From Candidatus Aldehydirespiratoraceae bacterium (GTDB lineage Bacteria > Actinomycetota > Acidimicrobiia > Acidimicrobiales > Aldehydirespiratoraceae), in contig JBLIOE010000017.1 in assembly GCA_047639555.1 (NCBI GenBank), positions 6,945 through 70,944 of the forward strand: DNA of 64,000 nucleotides. The letters are read 5' to 3'. The position numbers and the translations under genes are program-made. The notes beneath the pieces were generated by a model. It was not told the DNA's origin. It searched no databases and saw only the letters and a list, made by a program, of their open reading frames with translations. Positions 1 through 7,711 of this stretch are shown here, one piece after another. Numbering within the stretch: position 1 is the stretch's first letter; each line of letters opens with the position of its first letter.

Positions 1-234
1 GCGGCGTACCCCGCTCACCTCCATATCGATCTGCTCCCGCGGTTGCAGGGCGGCGGGTTTGGTCGGCAGCTGATGGATGCGCTGTTCGCGAGCTGCCGGG
101 CCGCCGGATCGCCGGCGATCCATCTCGGATGTTCTCCCGCGAATACGAACGCCATCGCGTTCTACCAACACCTCGGATTTGAAGACCTCATGGGTGGATT
201 CCTTTGGGGCCGATCGACGGAGCCCCTTGCATGA
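1..234 (+). CDS. GNAT family N-acetyltransferase, 3' fragment (5' end outside window)
   Basis: Frame is open from nt 1. Translation ...LLPRLQGGGFGRQLMDAL...NAIAFYQHLGFEDL has the GNAT acetyl-CoA motif (Q-x-x-G-x-G) and a typical C-terminal AxxFYxxxGF. Stop is TGA 232-234. Confidence 0.6.
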   Translation, partial: AAYPAHLHIDLLPRLQGGGFGRQLMDALFASCRAAGSPAIHLGCSPANTNAIAFYQHLGFEDLMGGFLWGRSTEPLA

Positions 235-1280
235 ATACAGCCGCAGACATGAACGTTGTGCCGCTGCGAGTTGGAGTGCTCTACCCAAGAGAATGGAACG
301 GCGACTTCGACGCCGATCTCGACCATTTGCGAGCGATCGACCCTCGGGTTGAGGTGCTCGCCGTGTCCTACTCGGAGCCAGGGGAGTCTCGGTCTGGCCG
401 CGGGGTACCTCCGTACGACCACCTCCGTGACCTTGCGCCCGAACTCACGGCTGAACACCTCAGTGTCTTCGGTCAGATCGATTGCTGTATTGCGATAGAT
501 CTGCCGTTTGATGTCCGCACGATCGCGCCAAACCTCCGGTGGGTGCAGGGTGTCGGTGCCGGAATCGCTCAGCTGTGGTCGGCCGGCCTCGAAGACGCCG
601 GGATTCGCCTCACCAACGGGTCGGGCGTGACCTCTACCGCGATAGCCGAGTTCGTGATGGCGCGGATCTTAGGGGAGTTCAAGCAGGTGAGGCTGCTCGA
701 CGAACGCCAGGAGCAGGCTCGCTGGGAGCCGGTGTTCGGCCAAGAGATCGCCGGGAAGACTCTCGGGCTGATCGGCCTGGGGCCGATCAACGAGGCCGTC
801 GCGGTGCGGGCGCGAGCGTTCGGGCTGCGAGTTGTGGCCCTCCGCCGTAGCGGAGCCCCGTCGAACCTGGTCGACGATGTTGTCGGACCCGACGCGCTTC
901 ATGAACTGTTGGGCCAGTCCGACATCGTGGTTGCCGCCGTTCCTGAGTCACCGGAAACCGAAGGAATGATGGGCGCGGCCGCCTTCGCGGCAATGCGAAC
1001 CGGAGCGATGTTTGTCAACGTTGGGCGTGGCACGCTGGTGGACGAAGATGCGCTGGTCGACACGCTGGAGGCCAAACATTTACGAGCCGCCGCCATTGAC
1101 GTGACACGTATCGAGCCGCTCGACCCAGCGTCACGGCTTTGGACTGCGCCCAATCTCTATATCTCGGCGCACTGCTCCACCGATCCCACCAGCCTTTTCC
1201 GGAACTTGCACCGGCTCTTCGAAGACAACGTGCGCCGTTTTCTCGATGGAGAACCACTGCGCAACGAGGTACGGCCCTAG
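231..1280 (+). CDS. D-isomer-specific 2-hydroxyacid dehydrogenase family protein (NAD-binding)
   Basis: Track ORF is 204..1280; ATG 231 overlaps the upstream stop (ATGA). Motifs are GKTLGLIGLGPIN (Rossmann), FVNVGRGTLVDEDAL, AAIDVTRIEPL and ISAHCS, the R/E/H catalytic pattern of this family. Confidence 0.8.
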   Translation: MNTAADMNVVPLRVGVLYPREWNGDFDADLDHLRAIDPRVEVLAVSYSEPGESRSGRGVPPYDHLRDLAPELTAEHLSVFGQIDCCIAIDLPFDVRTIAPNLRWVQGVGAGIAQLWSAGLEDAGIRLTNGSGVTSTAIAEFVMARILGEFKQVRLLDERQEQARWEPVFGQEIAGKTLGLIGLGPINEAVAVRARAFGLRVVALRRSGAPSNLVDDVVGPDALHELLGQSDIVVAAVPESPETEGMMGAAAFAAMRTGAMFVNVGRGTLVDEDALVDTLEAKHLRAAAIDVTRIEPLDPASRLWTAPNLYISAHCSTDPTSLFRNLHRLFEDNVRRFLDGEPLRNEVRP

Positions 1281-1443
1281 CCCCGCCCGCCCTCGAGCTT
1301 TTTCGTGAGGTGACTCTCCCACATACTCGAGATGCTTGATGACCTTGTGACGACCGGGTCGCGCGCAACGAACGACGACCCCGGGGCCTTCTACTCCGCA
1401 CTCGCTGAACAAGTAGTGGATGAGTGAAAACGGGGGACTGGTC

Positions 1444-2409
1444 CTACTCCGGCACCGGTTCGACGTTGGCGATATGAATGATCGCATCGCCTCGGTTGAC
1501 AAGAGGGTGATCGGTGCATCCGATGACGATGCCATCGGAGGGAGCGCGGACCTTCCCCAGCTGCTTTCCGAATGGGTCGCGGATGATGGCGATGTCGTCG
1601 CCCGCGCTGATCGCGTCACCAAGCCCGGCCGACATCTGCACGATTCCGCTCCTTGTGGCGCGGAGCCATCGGGTCGACCGCGACAGCTGGGTGGGAGCGG
1701 CAGGAGAGGGCTGATGGCTGACCATCTGGAGATGGCTGAGCACGCGGAGCACTCCCTGTGTGCCCATCTCGATTGCGGCTTTGTCGAAGCGCAGCGCTTC
1801 GCCCGCCTCATACAGCAGAACGGTTGCGCCAGCTTCTGTAGCCGCATGCCGCAGCGAACCGTCGCGGGTGCGTGCGTGAATGGAGACTGGTGCCCCAAAG
1901 ACCTGGGCGAGCTCAAGAGTGGTCGGGTCATCGAGGTCGGCCCGAATTTGCGGGAGATTCGATCGATGGTCGGAGCCGGTGTGGAGGTCGATCCCGATGT
2001 CGCATCGTCGGACGATCTCGCTCATCATCAGAAAGGCCACTTGAGACGCAAGGCTTCCCCGCGCTGACCCAGGGAAGCTGCGGTTGAGGTCGCGCCGGTC
2101 GGGGAAATACCGATCGCCGGTGTTGAAACCGTGCACGTTCACGATTGGCACAGCGATCAGGGTGCCGTTCAGCGTTTTCGCATCGATCGATTCGAGGACG
2201 CGACGCACAATCTCAACGCCACCGATTTCGTCACCGTGAATCGCCGCGTTGATCCAAACCGTGGGGCCGTCGCTCGCTCCGTGCAGGACAATGACCGGCA
2301 GCGCTACTGGTGTTCCTGACATCAAGCGAGCGATAGGAATCTCGATTTGTGTGCGGCGGCCAGACTTCGCCTCCTGGCCGTTGATCAGAAAGGGAGCTCG
2401 CATAGGCAT
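1444..2409 (-). CDS. succinylglutamate desuccinylase/aspartoacylase (AstE/AspA, M14-like deacylase) family protein
   Basis: 321 aa. VIVLHGASDGPTVWINAAIHGDEIGG carries the H-x-x-E zinc motif of this family. Its start shares 1 nt with the rimK stop (TGATG, 2407-2411). Confidence 0.75.
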   Translation of the reverse strand: MPMRAPFLINGQEAKSGRRTQIEIPIARLMSGTPVALPVIVLHGASDGPTVWINAAIHGDEIGGVEIVRRVLESIDAKTLNGTLIAVPIVNVHGFNTGDRYFPDRRDLNRSFPGSARGSLASQVAFLMMSEIVRRCDIGIDLHTGSDHRSNLPQIRADLDDPTTLELAQVFGAPVSIHARTRDGSLRHAATEAGATVLLYEAGEALRFDKAAIEMGTQGVLRVLSHLQMVSHQPSPAAPTQLSRSTRWLRATRSGIVQMSAGLGDAISAGDDIAIIRDPFGKQLGKVRAPSDGIVIGCTDHPLVNRGDAIIHIANVEPVPE

Positions 2410-3617
2410 CAGGGTGCTTCGAGCTCGGTCGGAATCGGCTCGTCCGGGAGGGGCTGGAGATTGGGGCGGGCGCGGCGGCGGCGGCGTTCGGGTACGAGGT
2501 TTCGCATGTTGTCGAGGCGGCCGAAGCAGAGCAGTCGGTCGTCGACGAGGAGTTCTCGGTCATCTCGCGGGTTGGGGATCATGGTGGTGCCGCGGTGCAG
2601 TGTGAGGACGGTGATGTCGAGGTCGCGTAGTTCGCCGACGGTCGGGTTCTGTTTGAGGAGGTCGGCGCCTTCGCTGATCGCGATTTCGGCGACACCGTAG
2701 CTGGCGGATACACCAAGGCGCTGGCGGACGTCGACCTCAGGGAACGCGACCTGGTTGGCGATGTAATCGACGATCGCGCCGGCGATGTCGAGTCCGGTTG
2801 CTCCCTCGATTCCTTCAAGGCCGGGCGAGGAGTTGACTTCCATGACCATCGGGCCGAGATCGGATTCGAGCATGTCGACGCCGGCAACGCGTAGCCCCAT
2901 GATTTGGGCGGCAGAGACCGCGGTTGCTTTGGCTTCGTCGCTGAGCTCAACCATTTCGGTGGATCCGCCGCGGTGCACGTTTGAGCGGAACTCGTCGCCT
3001 TGTGCGGTGCGTCGCATCGCCGCGACGACTCGGTCACCAATGACGAAAGCGCGGAGGTCCTTGCCGCGGCTTTCCGCGATGAAACGTTGGATCAGCACGT
3101 TTTGTTTGGTGCTTTGCAACGTCTCGATGACCGCTTCGGCGACCTTTGTGTCGGGCGCGAGGATCACACCGATTCCTTGGGTGCCTTCCAAAAGTTTGAT
3201 CACGACTGGTGCGCCGCCGACGCGTTCGATCGCGGGCAATACATCGGCCCGGTCACGAGCGAATGTCGTGGCCGGGATCTGCACGCCATGACGAGAGAGA
3301 ATCTGGATTGATCGGAGCTTGTCGCGCGAGTTCGCGATGCCGTTCGATGTCGATGGCGTGTAGGTGTCCATTTGTTCGAACTGGCGAACCACGGCGAGCC
3401 CGAAGAACGTGATCGAAGCGCCGATACGCGGAAGGATCGCGTCGTAGTCGGCGAGCGGCTTGCCTCGATACTGAAGATCGGGCTCATCGCCGGCGAGATC
3501 AATAGCGAAACGAAGCGTGTCGAACACCTTCGCTTTGTGGCCGCGCTCAAGCGCCGACGCGACGAGTCGCTGCGTGCTGTACGAGCGTGGGGCACGCGAG
3601 AGAATGGCAAGTTTCAT
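2409..3617 (-). CDS. rimK: RimK-type ATP-grasp alpha-L-glutamate ligase with C-terminal TrkA_C (RCK_C) domain
   Basis: 402 aa. N-terminus is MKLAILSR...RLVASALERGH, and the ATP-grasp core shows VVIKLLEGTQGIGV, DLRAFVIGDRVVAAMRR and EVNSSPGLEGIE. An extra C-terminal segment of about 90 aa (YGVAEIAISEGADLL...TVLTLHRGTTMIPNP...LLVDDRLLCFGRLDNM) fits the TrkA_C pattern. Confidence 0.8.
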   Translation of the reverse strand: MKLAILSRAPRSYSTQRLVASALERGHKAKVFDTLRFAIDLAGDEPDLQYRGKPLADYDAILPRIGASITFFGLAVVRQFEQMDTYTPSTSNGIANSRDKLRSIQILSRHGVQIPATTFARDRADVLPAIERVGGAPVVIKLLEGTQGIGVILAPDTKVAEAVIETLQSTKQNVLIQRFIAESRGKDLRAFVIGDRVVAAMRRTAQGDEFRSNVHRGGSTEMVELSDEAKATAVSAAQIMGLRVAGVDMLESDLGPMVMEVNSSPGLEGIEGATGLDIAGAIVDYIANQVAFPEVDVRQRLGVSASYGVAEIAISEGADLLKQNPTVGELRDLDITVLTLHRGTTMIPNPRDDRELLVDDRLLCFGRLDNMRNLVPERRRRRARPNLQPLPDEPIPTELEAP

Positions 3618-4063
3618 GGTTTGGCTCCGAGGGTGAAGGATCGGCCCGAATCGACGAGGAATCGGCGCCGAATTGCGGCCCTCCCGAGCAGCATCCGAAA
3701 ACCCATCTCGTCTCGCGACGTGAGGGTGATATCGATGTCGAACGTCTGATCGCCGAGTGTGATCGGCGTGCGGATTACTGGGCGACGCTCGCTATGGCCA
3801 GAGGATGAGCGCACGTCTCGAAATCCAGTGACAGGAACCTCGACGCGTTGCGCCTCAGCGGCTGACCGTTGGACGGGGTGGACGACGAAGCTGGCCGTTG
3901 CCTGGCCGCCGGACTTATGGATGCGGAGGTCGAAGGCATGGAGCGACGAGGTTCGTGCGCCCGTGTCGATCTTGGCTTTGGTCGGAGTGGGGCTGAGTGA
4001 TTCAAGGATCGCCCATTCCCGCCACCCGATAATTGGACGAGGGGTAGTGAGTCGATTAGTCAT
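3614..4063 (-). CDS. RimK-associated retropepsin-like protease family protein (COG4067 'ATP-dependent zinc protease', RimB-like)
   Basis: Track ORF is 3614..4084; ATG 4063 overlaps the upstream stop (ATGACTAA). IGWREWAILESL...KAKIDTGARTSSLHA has the D-T-G-A motif. Its stop overlaps the rimK start (ATGA). Confidence 0.65.
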   Translation of the reverse strand: MTNRLTTPRPIIGWREWAILESLSPTPTKAKIDTGARTSSLHAFDLRIHKSGGQATASFVVHPVQRSAAEAQRVEVPVTGFRDVRSSSGHSERRPVIRTPITLGDQTFDIDITLTSRDEMGFRMLLGRAAIRRRFLVDSGRSFTLGAKP

Positions 4064-4594
4064 CGGTTTCGGCAACTTCTTCAATCAGTTGGTCTTGTTC
4101 TTCTTCGGCCTGGCGGTGCGCTTGATCGCCGAGGCGCCTGCGGTGGCGGTGGTCGAGATCTTCGAGATGGTCGAGCCGGCCATAGGCGATAACGGTGTCA
4201 CCAACGTGAATCGTAGTCATGCCTGTGGGCGCGCTGTGGAAGTGGCCGTTGGAACGACGGAGGCTCGAGACGACCACGCGTTCGTCGGTAGCCCACGCTC
4301 GGAGAGCGGTCGCAAGGTGGGCCAGTCGTCCTCCTTGGCCGCGAGTTCGATGATGCCGGAACTATGTGAGAGGCGAAGAAGTCGGGCCAAGTCGCGTGTT
4401 TCCAGCGTGGTCCAGCGAGTGATGGTCCAGCCAGTCATACGGCTCAGGCGCCGATTGAGTGCGTACGAACGGGTCAGGAGAACGAGAAAGATGAGGCTGC
4501 TCGCCAGGATGATGCTTCGCTGGACGGCTTGGCCGCCCTCGGCGTTGACGAAGCCGAGAAGCATCGATGTGACGCCGGCGTTGTCGACGGTCAT
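4056..4594 (-). pseudogene. small membrane-anchored TrkA_C (RCK_C) domain protein with an interrupted reading frame (probably a 1-nt indel)
   Basis: The two track ORFs 4217..4885 and 4056..4277 (both minus) overlap and together spell one protein. The first gives MTVDNAGVTSMLLGFV...SIILASSLIFLVLLT (hydrophobic) then ...SGIIELAAKEDDWPTLRPLSERG. The second, in the -1 frame, gives ATDERVVVSSLRRSNGHFHSAPTGMTTIHVGDTVIAYGRLDHLEDL. Adding one G/C at the C3 run 4292-4294 joins them. A 17-codon GTG ORF (4591-4644, VIAVLSLLVIATSSSGS) overlaps the TetR stop (GTGA) and this ATG (ATGA), so the true N-terminus may lie at 4644. Confidence 0.5.
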
Positions 4595-4640
4595 GAGCCA
4601 GAGGATGATGTGGCGATGACGAGGAGCGAAAGGACGGCAA

Positions 4641-5219
4641 TCACGACGCGGCGGCTTCTGGTTCGAGATTGTTGAGACCGCGAACCACAAAGTCGAGCAG
4701 CGCGGCGAAGCTGCCGTCGGTGTCTTGAGGACTGGTGAACGCGTTATTCGCTTCGAGCGTGACGAACCCGTGGATCGCGCTCCGTACCACCCTTGCGGTA
4801 TGGACGGCAGCGTCTCCCTCAAGGTCGTAGGTCTCGAGGATGCGAGCCAGAACATCGAGAATCGAGGTCTGTGGTTCCGACGCACTCCCAGTTCCTGTCG
4901 GAGGAATTATGGTGCTGGCGTACTGGCCGGGGTGGGTGGTGGCGAAGGCGCGGTAGGCCGTTGCGACAGCCCGGACCGCCTGTTCGCCAGATCGTCCGAC
5001 AGCCGCATCGCGCAGCGCGCTTGCGAGATTCTCGGTGGATCGGAGCGAGACAGCCTCCTTGAGCCCGTCGAGACCTTCGACATGGTTGTAAAGCGCGGAT
5101 GCCTGTACGCCGAGTTCCTCGGCGACGCGGTTCAGCGCGAGGTCATGCAGGCCCTCGGTGTCGACGAGGGCGACAGCTTGGTCGACCACCCGGCCTGCAT
5201 CGATTCGTTGTTTCGCCAT
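4641..5219 (-). CDS. TetR/AcrR family transcriptional regulator
   Basis: 192 aa. The N-terminal HTH RVVDQAVALVDTEGLHDLALNRVAEELGVQASALYNHVEGLDGL is typical of TetR_N. Confidence 0.85.
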   Translation of the reverse strand: MAKQRIDAGRVVDQAVALVDTEGLHDLALNRVAEELGVQASALYNHVEGLDGLKEAVSLRSTENLASALRDAAVGRSGEQAVRAVATAYRAFATTHPGQYASTIIPPTGTGSASEPQTSILDVLARILETYDLEGDAAVHTARVVRSAIHGFVTLEANNAFTSPQDTDGSFAALLDFVVRGLNNLEPEAAAS

Positions 5220-5268
5220 GAATGCACCATAACAAAAATATACGTAAAGTCACTAGATAGTATTTAGG

Positions 5269-5305
5269 TTCACGATAAAGTGAAGATACTTCACCAAATG
5301 GTGAA
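5269..5305. promoter_or_regulatory. composite palindromic operator candidate (four TTCAC/GTGAA half-sites) in an AT-rich divergent intergenic region
   Basis: Sequence reads TTCAC-gataaa-GTGAAG-ata-CTTCAC-caaatg-GTGAA and is symmetric about nt 5287. It lies between the TetR gene (start 5219, minus) and the ORF starting at 5343 (plus). The surrounding ~120 bp is visibly AT-rich in a GC-rich window. Confidence 0.45.
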
Positions 5306-5342
5306 TAATGCTCTCTCTGAGAGAAGAGGAAAGCGAAAGAAT

Positions 5343-5633
5343 ATGACCGGTACAGAAGTCAATGGGTCAAACGTGAAGACCCTGATAACGCGAGCACAGA
5401 CGCTCCGGGCGTCCGTCGTTGAACGCGTGTCAGGCGTCGCGGAATCAGGAAAGCTGCGAATCGCCGACCGGCGTAGTGCCCCGAAACGAGACCAGTTGCT
5501 CCGCGATCTCGGCGCGCTCCATCTCGCCGCCGCCGGCGGCGTGGATCTCGACGAGCCGGAAGCGGATCGACTCATTGGCGAGATCACAATGATCGACGCT
5601 GGCCCTGCGGACGAGGACGACGACAATGCGTAA
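5343..5633 (+). CDS. hypothetical protein (96 aa, acidic C-terminus)
   Basis: Track ORF is 5280..5633. ATG 5343 follows a purine-rich stretch, agaggaaagcgaaagaat. I recognise no motif. Confidence 0.5.
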   Translation: MTGTEVNGSNVKTLITRAQTLRASVVERVSGVAESGKLRIADRRSAPKRDQLLRDLGALHLAAAGGVDLDEPEADRLIGEITMIDAGPADEDDDNA

Positions 5634-5739
5634 CGCCAAGGTTCGGATTCTGGCTGCCGTCGGCGCGCTGACAAGCGTGATCTTCTTCTGGAAGCGGCGC
5701 GGCCCGTCGTCGACTTCGGACTCCGACGATCAAATTTAG
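5626..5739 (+). CDS. candidate 37-aa single-TM micropeptide
   Basis: Below the track size cutoff. Its ATG overlaps the upstream stop (ATGCGTAA). It translates to MRNAKVRILAAVGALTSVIFFWKRRGPSSTSDSDDQI, with one hydrophobic helix followed by KRR. Hand count gives G/C at about 28 of 37 third positions. Confidence 0.35.
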   Translation: MRNAKVRILAAVGALTSVIFFWKRRGPSSTSDSDDQI

Positions 5740-5747
5740 CCACGTCC

Positions 5748-6239
5748 ATGCGCCGTCTGATCGAACATGCCGCGTTCGCACATCGTTCCTATGGCGATGT
5801 ATGCCACATCTTCTTCCACCATGGCGGCGCAGTGCTCGGCAAAGCGACCAATGCGGCGTCGCTCCGGTCAGTCCGCCTTGTTGAGGCCGGGGATCAAACA
5901 ATTCCCGGCTTCGACAGCGCGGAAGCTCTCGACCTGAAGCTCGGACCGATTACTCAAGACAAGAATCACGCGTCCATGGAGTTTTCTTGGGACGCGAACG
6001 AAACAAAGCGATTACTCGCCAACGTCTATGGCCGCCTCGATCTGCGTCCGCTCGTCAAGATGGGACCGTCGGCGATGACGGAGATCGTTCTCCGTGCCGA
6101 GTACACGCCGAGTGCCGTGAGTCGTCGATCTCCGGAGGCCGTCCTGTTCGGTCGTCGGGTGGTAAAAGCTGCGCTGCACCGGTTCTTGGACGATGTCGTC
6201 TCCGGGCTCGACGACTATGAGGAAAGCCTGCTCGGCTGA
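5748..6239 (+). CDS. hypothetical protein (163 aa)
   Basis: ORF with ordinary amino-acid composition. I can name no motif, and the start is uncertain. Confidence 0.5.
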   Translation: MRRLIEHAAFAHRSYGDVCHIFFHHGGAVLGKATNAASLRSVRLVEAGDQTIPGFDSAEALDLKLGPITQDKNHASMEFSWDANETKRLLANVYGRLDLRPLVKMGPSAMTEIVLRAEYTPSAVSRRSPEAVLFGRRVVKAALHRFLDDVVSGLDDYEESLLG

Positions 6240-6258
6240 GTCTCACGACATCACAGAG

Positions 6259-6342
6259 TGCGGACGGGGGGACTTGAACCCCCACACCCTTCCGGGCACC
6301 AGGACCTAAACCTGGCGTGTCTGCCAATTCCACCACGTCCGC
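6259..6342 (-). tRNA. tRNA-Leu (anticodon TAG)
   Basis: Reverse complement is GCGGACGTGGTGGAATTGGCAGACACGCCAGGTTTAGGTCCTGGTGCCCGGAAGGGTGTGGGGGTTCAAGTCCCCCCGTCCGCA. Anticodon stem is CCAGG/CCTGG with loop TTTAGGT. It has a long variable arm and T-arm GGGGG-TTCAAGT-CCCCC. Confidence 0.9.
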
Positions 6343-6412
6343 GTAACACGTGTGTGGGACTGAGCGTATCTGTGCCGCCAGTGAAGGGACCCGGGGCGGT
6401 ACCCTTCGCTCT

Positions 6413-7018
6413 ATGACTCAGCAGCCGGAGAATTCCGCACCCATGATGGCCGCCAGCATGCTGGCAAATCCGCAGGCCGACATCTATCACCGCCTGCTCC
6501 AGGACCGCATTATTGTCCTCGGTACCGACGTCAACGATGAGATTGCCAACTACATCACTGCCCAGCTCCTCTACCTTGAGGGCCAAGACAGCGAGAAGAC
6601 AATCTGGCTCTACATCAACTCGCCCGGTGGCTCCGTCACTGCGGGTATGGCTATCTACGACACGATGCAGTTCGTTGAGCCCGAGGTGGGCACGATCTGT
6701 ATGGGACTCGGCGCTTCGATGGGTCAGTTCCTGCTGTGCGCCGGTGCGCCTGGCAAGCGCTACGCCCTGCCCCACGCCCGCATCATGATGCACCAGCCCC
6801 TCGGCGGCGTGCAGGGCCAGGCCACCGACATTGCAATCCAGGCCGAGCAGATGGCCTATACGAAGCGTCTCCTCCAGGAGCGCATCGCGCTCCACACCGG
6901 TCAGACCTACGAGCAGATCGAGGCCGACTCCGACCGCGATCGTTGGTTCACCGCTGAAGAGGCCAAGGCCTACGGCATCATCGACCACGTCATCGTCAAG
7001 CGCGGCGAGATGCTCTGA
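6413..7018 (+). CDS. clpP: ATP-dependent Clp protease proteolytic subunit
   Basis: Track ORF is 6350..7018; the start is probably ATG 6413. Motifs are [42 protein letters not shown] (catalytic Ser) and MMHQPLGG (His). Confidence 0.9.
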   Translation: MTQQPENSAPMMAASMLANPQADIYHRLLQDRIIVLGTDVNDEIANYITAQLLYLEGQDSEKTIWLYINSPGGSVTAGMAIYDTMQFVEPEVGTICMGLGASMGQFLLCAGAPGKRYALPHARIMMHQPLGGVQGQATDIAIQAEQMAYTKRLLQERIALHTGQTYEQIEADSDRDRWFTAEEAKAYGIIDHVIVKRGEML

Positions 7019-7057
7019 TCCTCTTCGGAGGTCAGTACAACCGAGAAGATCGGCGAC

Positions 7058-7711
7058 CTACGCGTCGCCGCGTTCGACCAGCTGTCCATATTCCTCGATG
7101 CTGATCGTCTCGCCGAGCTCTTGTAGTCGCGTCTGGTCGGCGGGTCGAAGGAACGGCTGCAGGTCTTCGATCTTCTTCCACGCAGGGATCGGCGCTTCGC
7201 CGTTCTCGTCGGGCACGTAGCGAGACGCGTCGACGCGCTGGTGTTTCACGATGTAGCGCGGGCAGTTGATGAACGACTCGGTGACCGTTGCTCGCACGAT
7301 CAGCTGAGCACCCGGGAATTCGTTGATCATTGGGTCGTCGGCGCTGACTACCGCATCGGCGTGAACGCGGACTCGGTTCGGCACTTCGAAGTCGATAAAT
7401 AGCAGCCCGATCTTGGCCGTCGCCGCGATGTTGCCCATGGAGAGGAACATGCCGTTGCCGTCGTAGCTCGGGAACACCATCGTCTTGTTGTCGACCACCC
7501 GGACGAAACCTTTCGGGCCGCCCTTGTGCGACACCGTTGGTTGTCCGTCGGCTCGCAGCGAGGACAGGAAGAAGAACTCTCGGCTTTCGATGAAGGTAAT
7601 TGCTTCATCGTTCAGCTCGGGTTGGATGATCGAGAACTCCATCGCGACGGCAAGGTCGCGACTTTCGAACTGCTGTTGCAGCTCTATGTGGTTCGCGTCG
7701 TAGAAGCTCAT
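7058..7711 (-). CDS. pyridoxamine 5'-phosphate oxidase-like FMN-binding family protein
   Basis: Track ORF is 7058..7822; ATG 7711 overlaps the rpe stop (ATGA). The segment FFFLSSLRADGQPTVSHKGGPKGFVRVVDNKTMVFPSYDGNGMFLSMGNI is typical of the split-barrel family. Confidence 0.7.
   Translation of the reverse strand: MSFYDANHIELQQQFESRDLAVAMEFSIIQPELNDEAITFIESREFFFLSSLRADGQPTVSHKGGPKGFVRVVDNKTMVFPSYDGNGMFLSMGNIAATAKIGLLFIDFEVPNRVRVHADAVVSADDPMINEFPGAQLIVRATVTESFINCPRYIVKHQRVDASRYVPDENGEAPIPAWKKIEDLQPFLRPADQTRLQELGETISIEEYGQLVERGDA

Noticed and set aside
1290-1420. Possible small minus-strand ORF (…LFSECGVEGPGVVVRCARPGRHKVIKHLEYVGESPHEK…) that faintly resembles small DUF1059-type metal-binding proteins.
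   Set aside because: The second conserved Cys is missing and third-position GC is only about 60%. The frame also stays open for about 150 nt into the opposite-strand dehydrogenase gene. The support is insufficient.
4400-4644. Reading the small TrkA_C protein as a miniature K+ channel, with TVDNAG in the place of a TVGYG filter.
   Set aside because: There is no pore helix, no glycine-rich filter, and too little sequence for a 2-TM pore. The resemblance is superficial.
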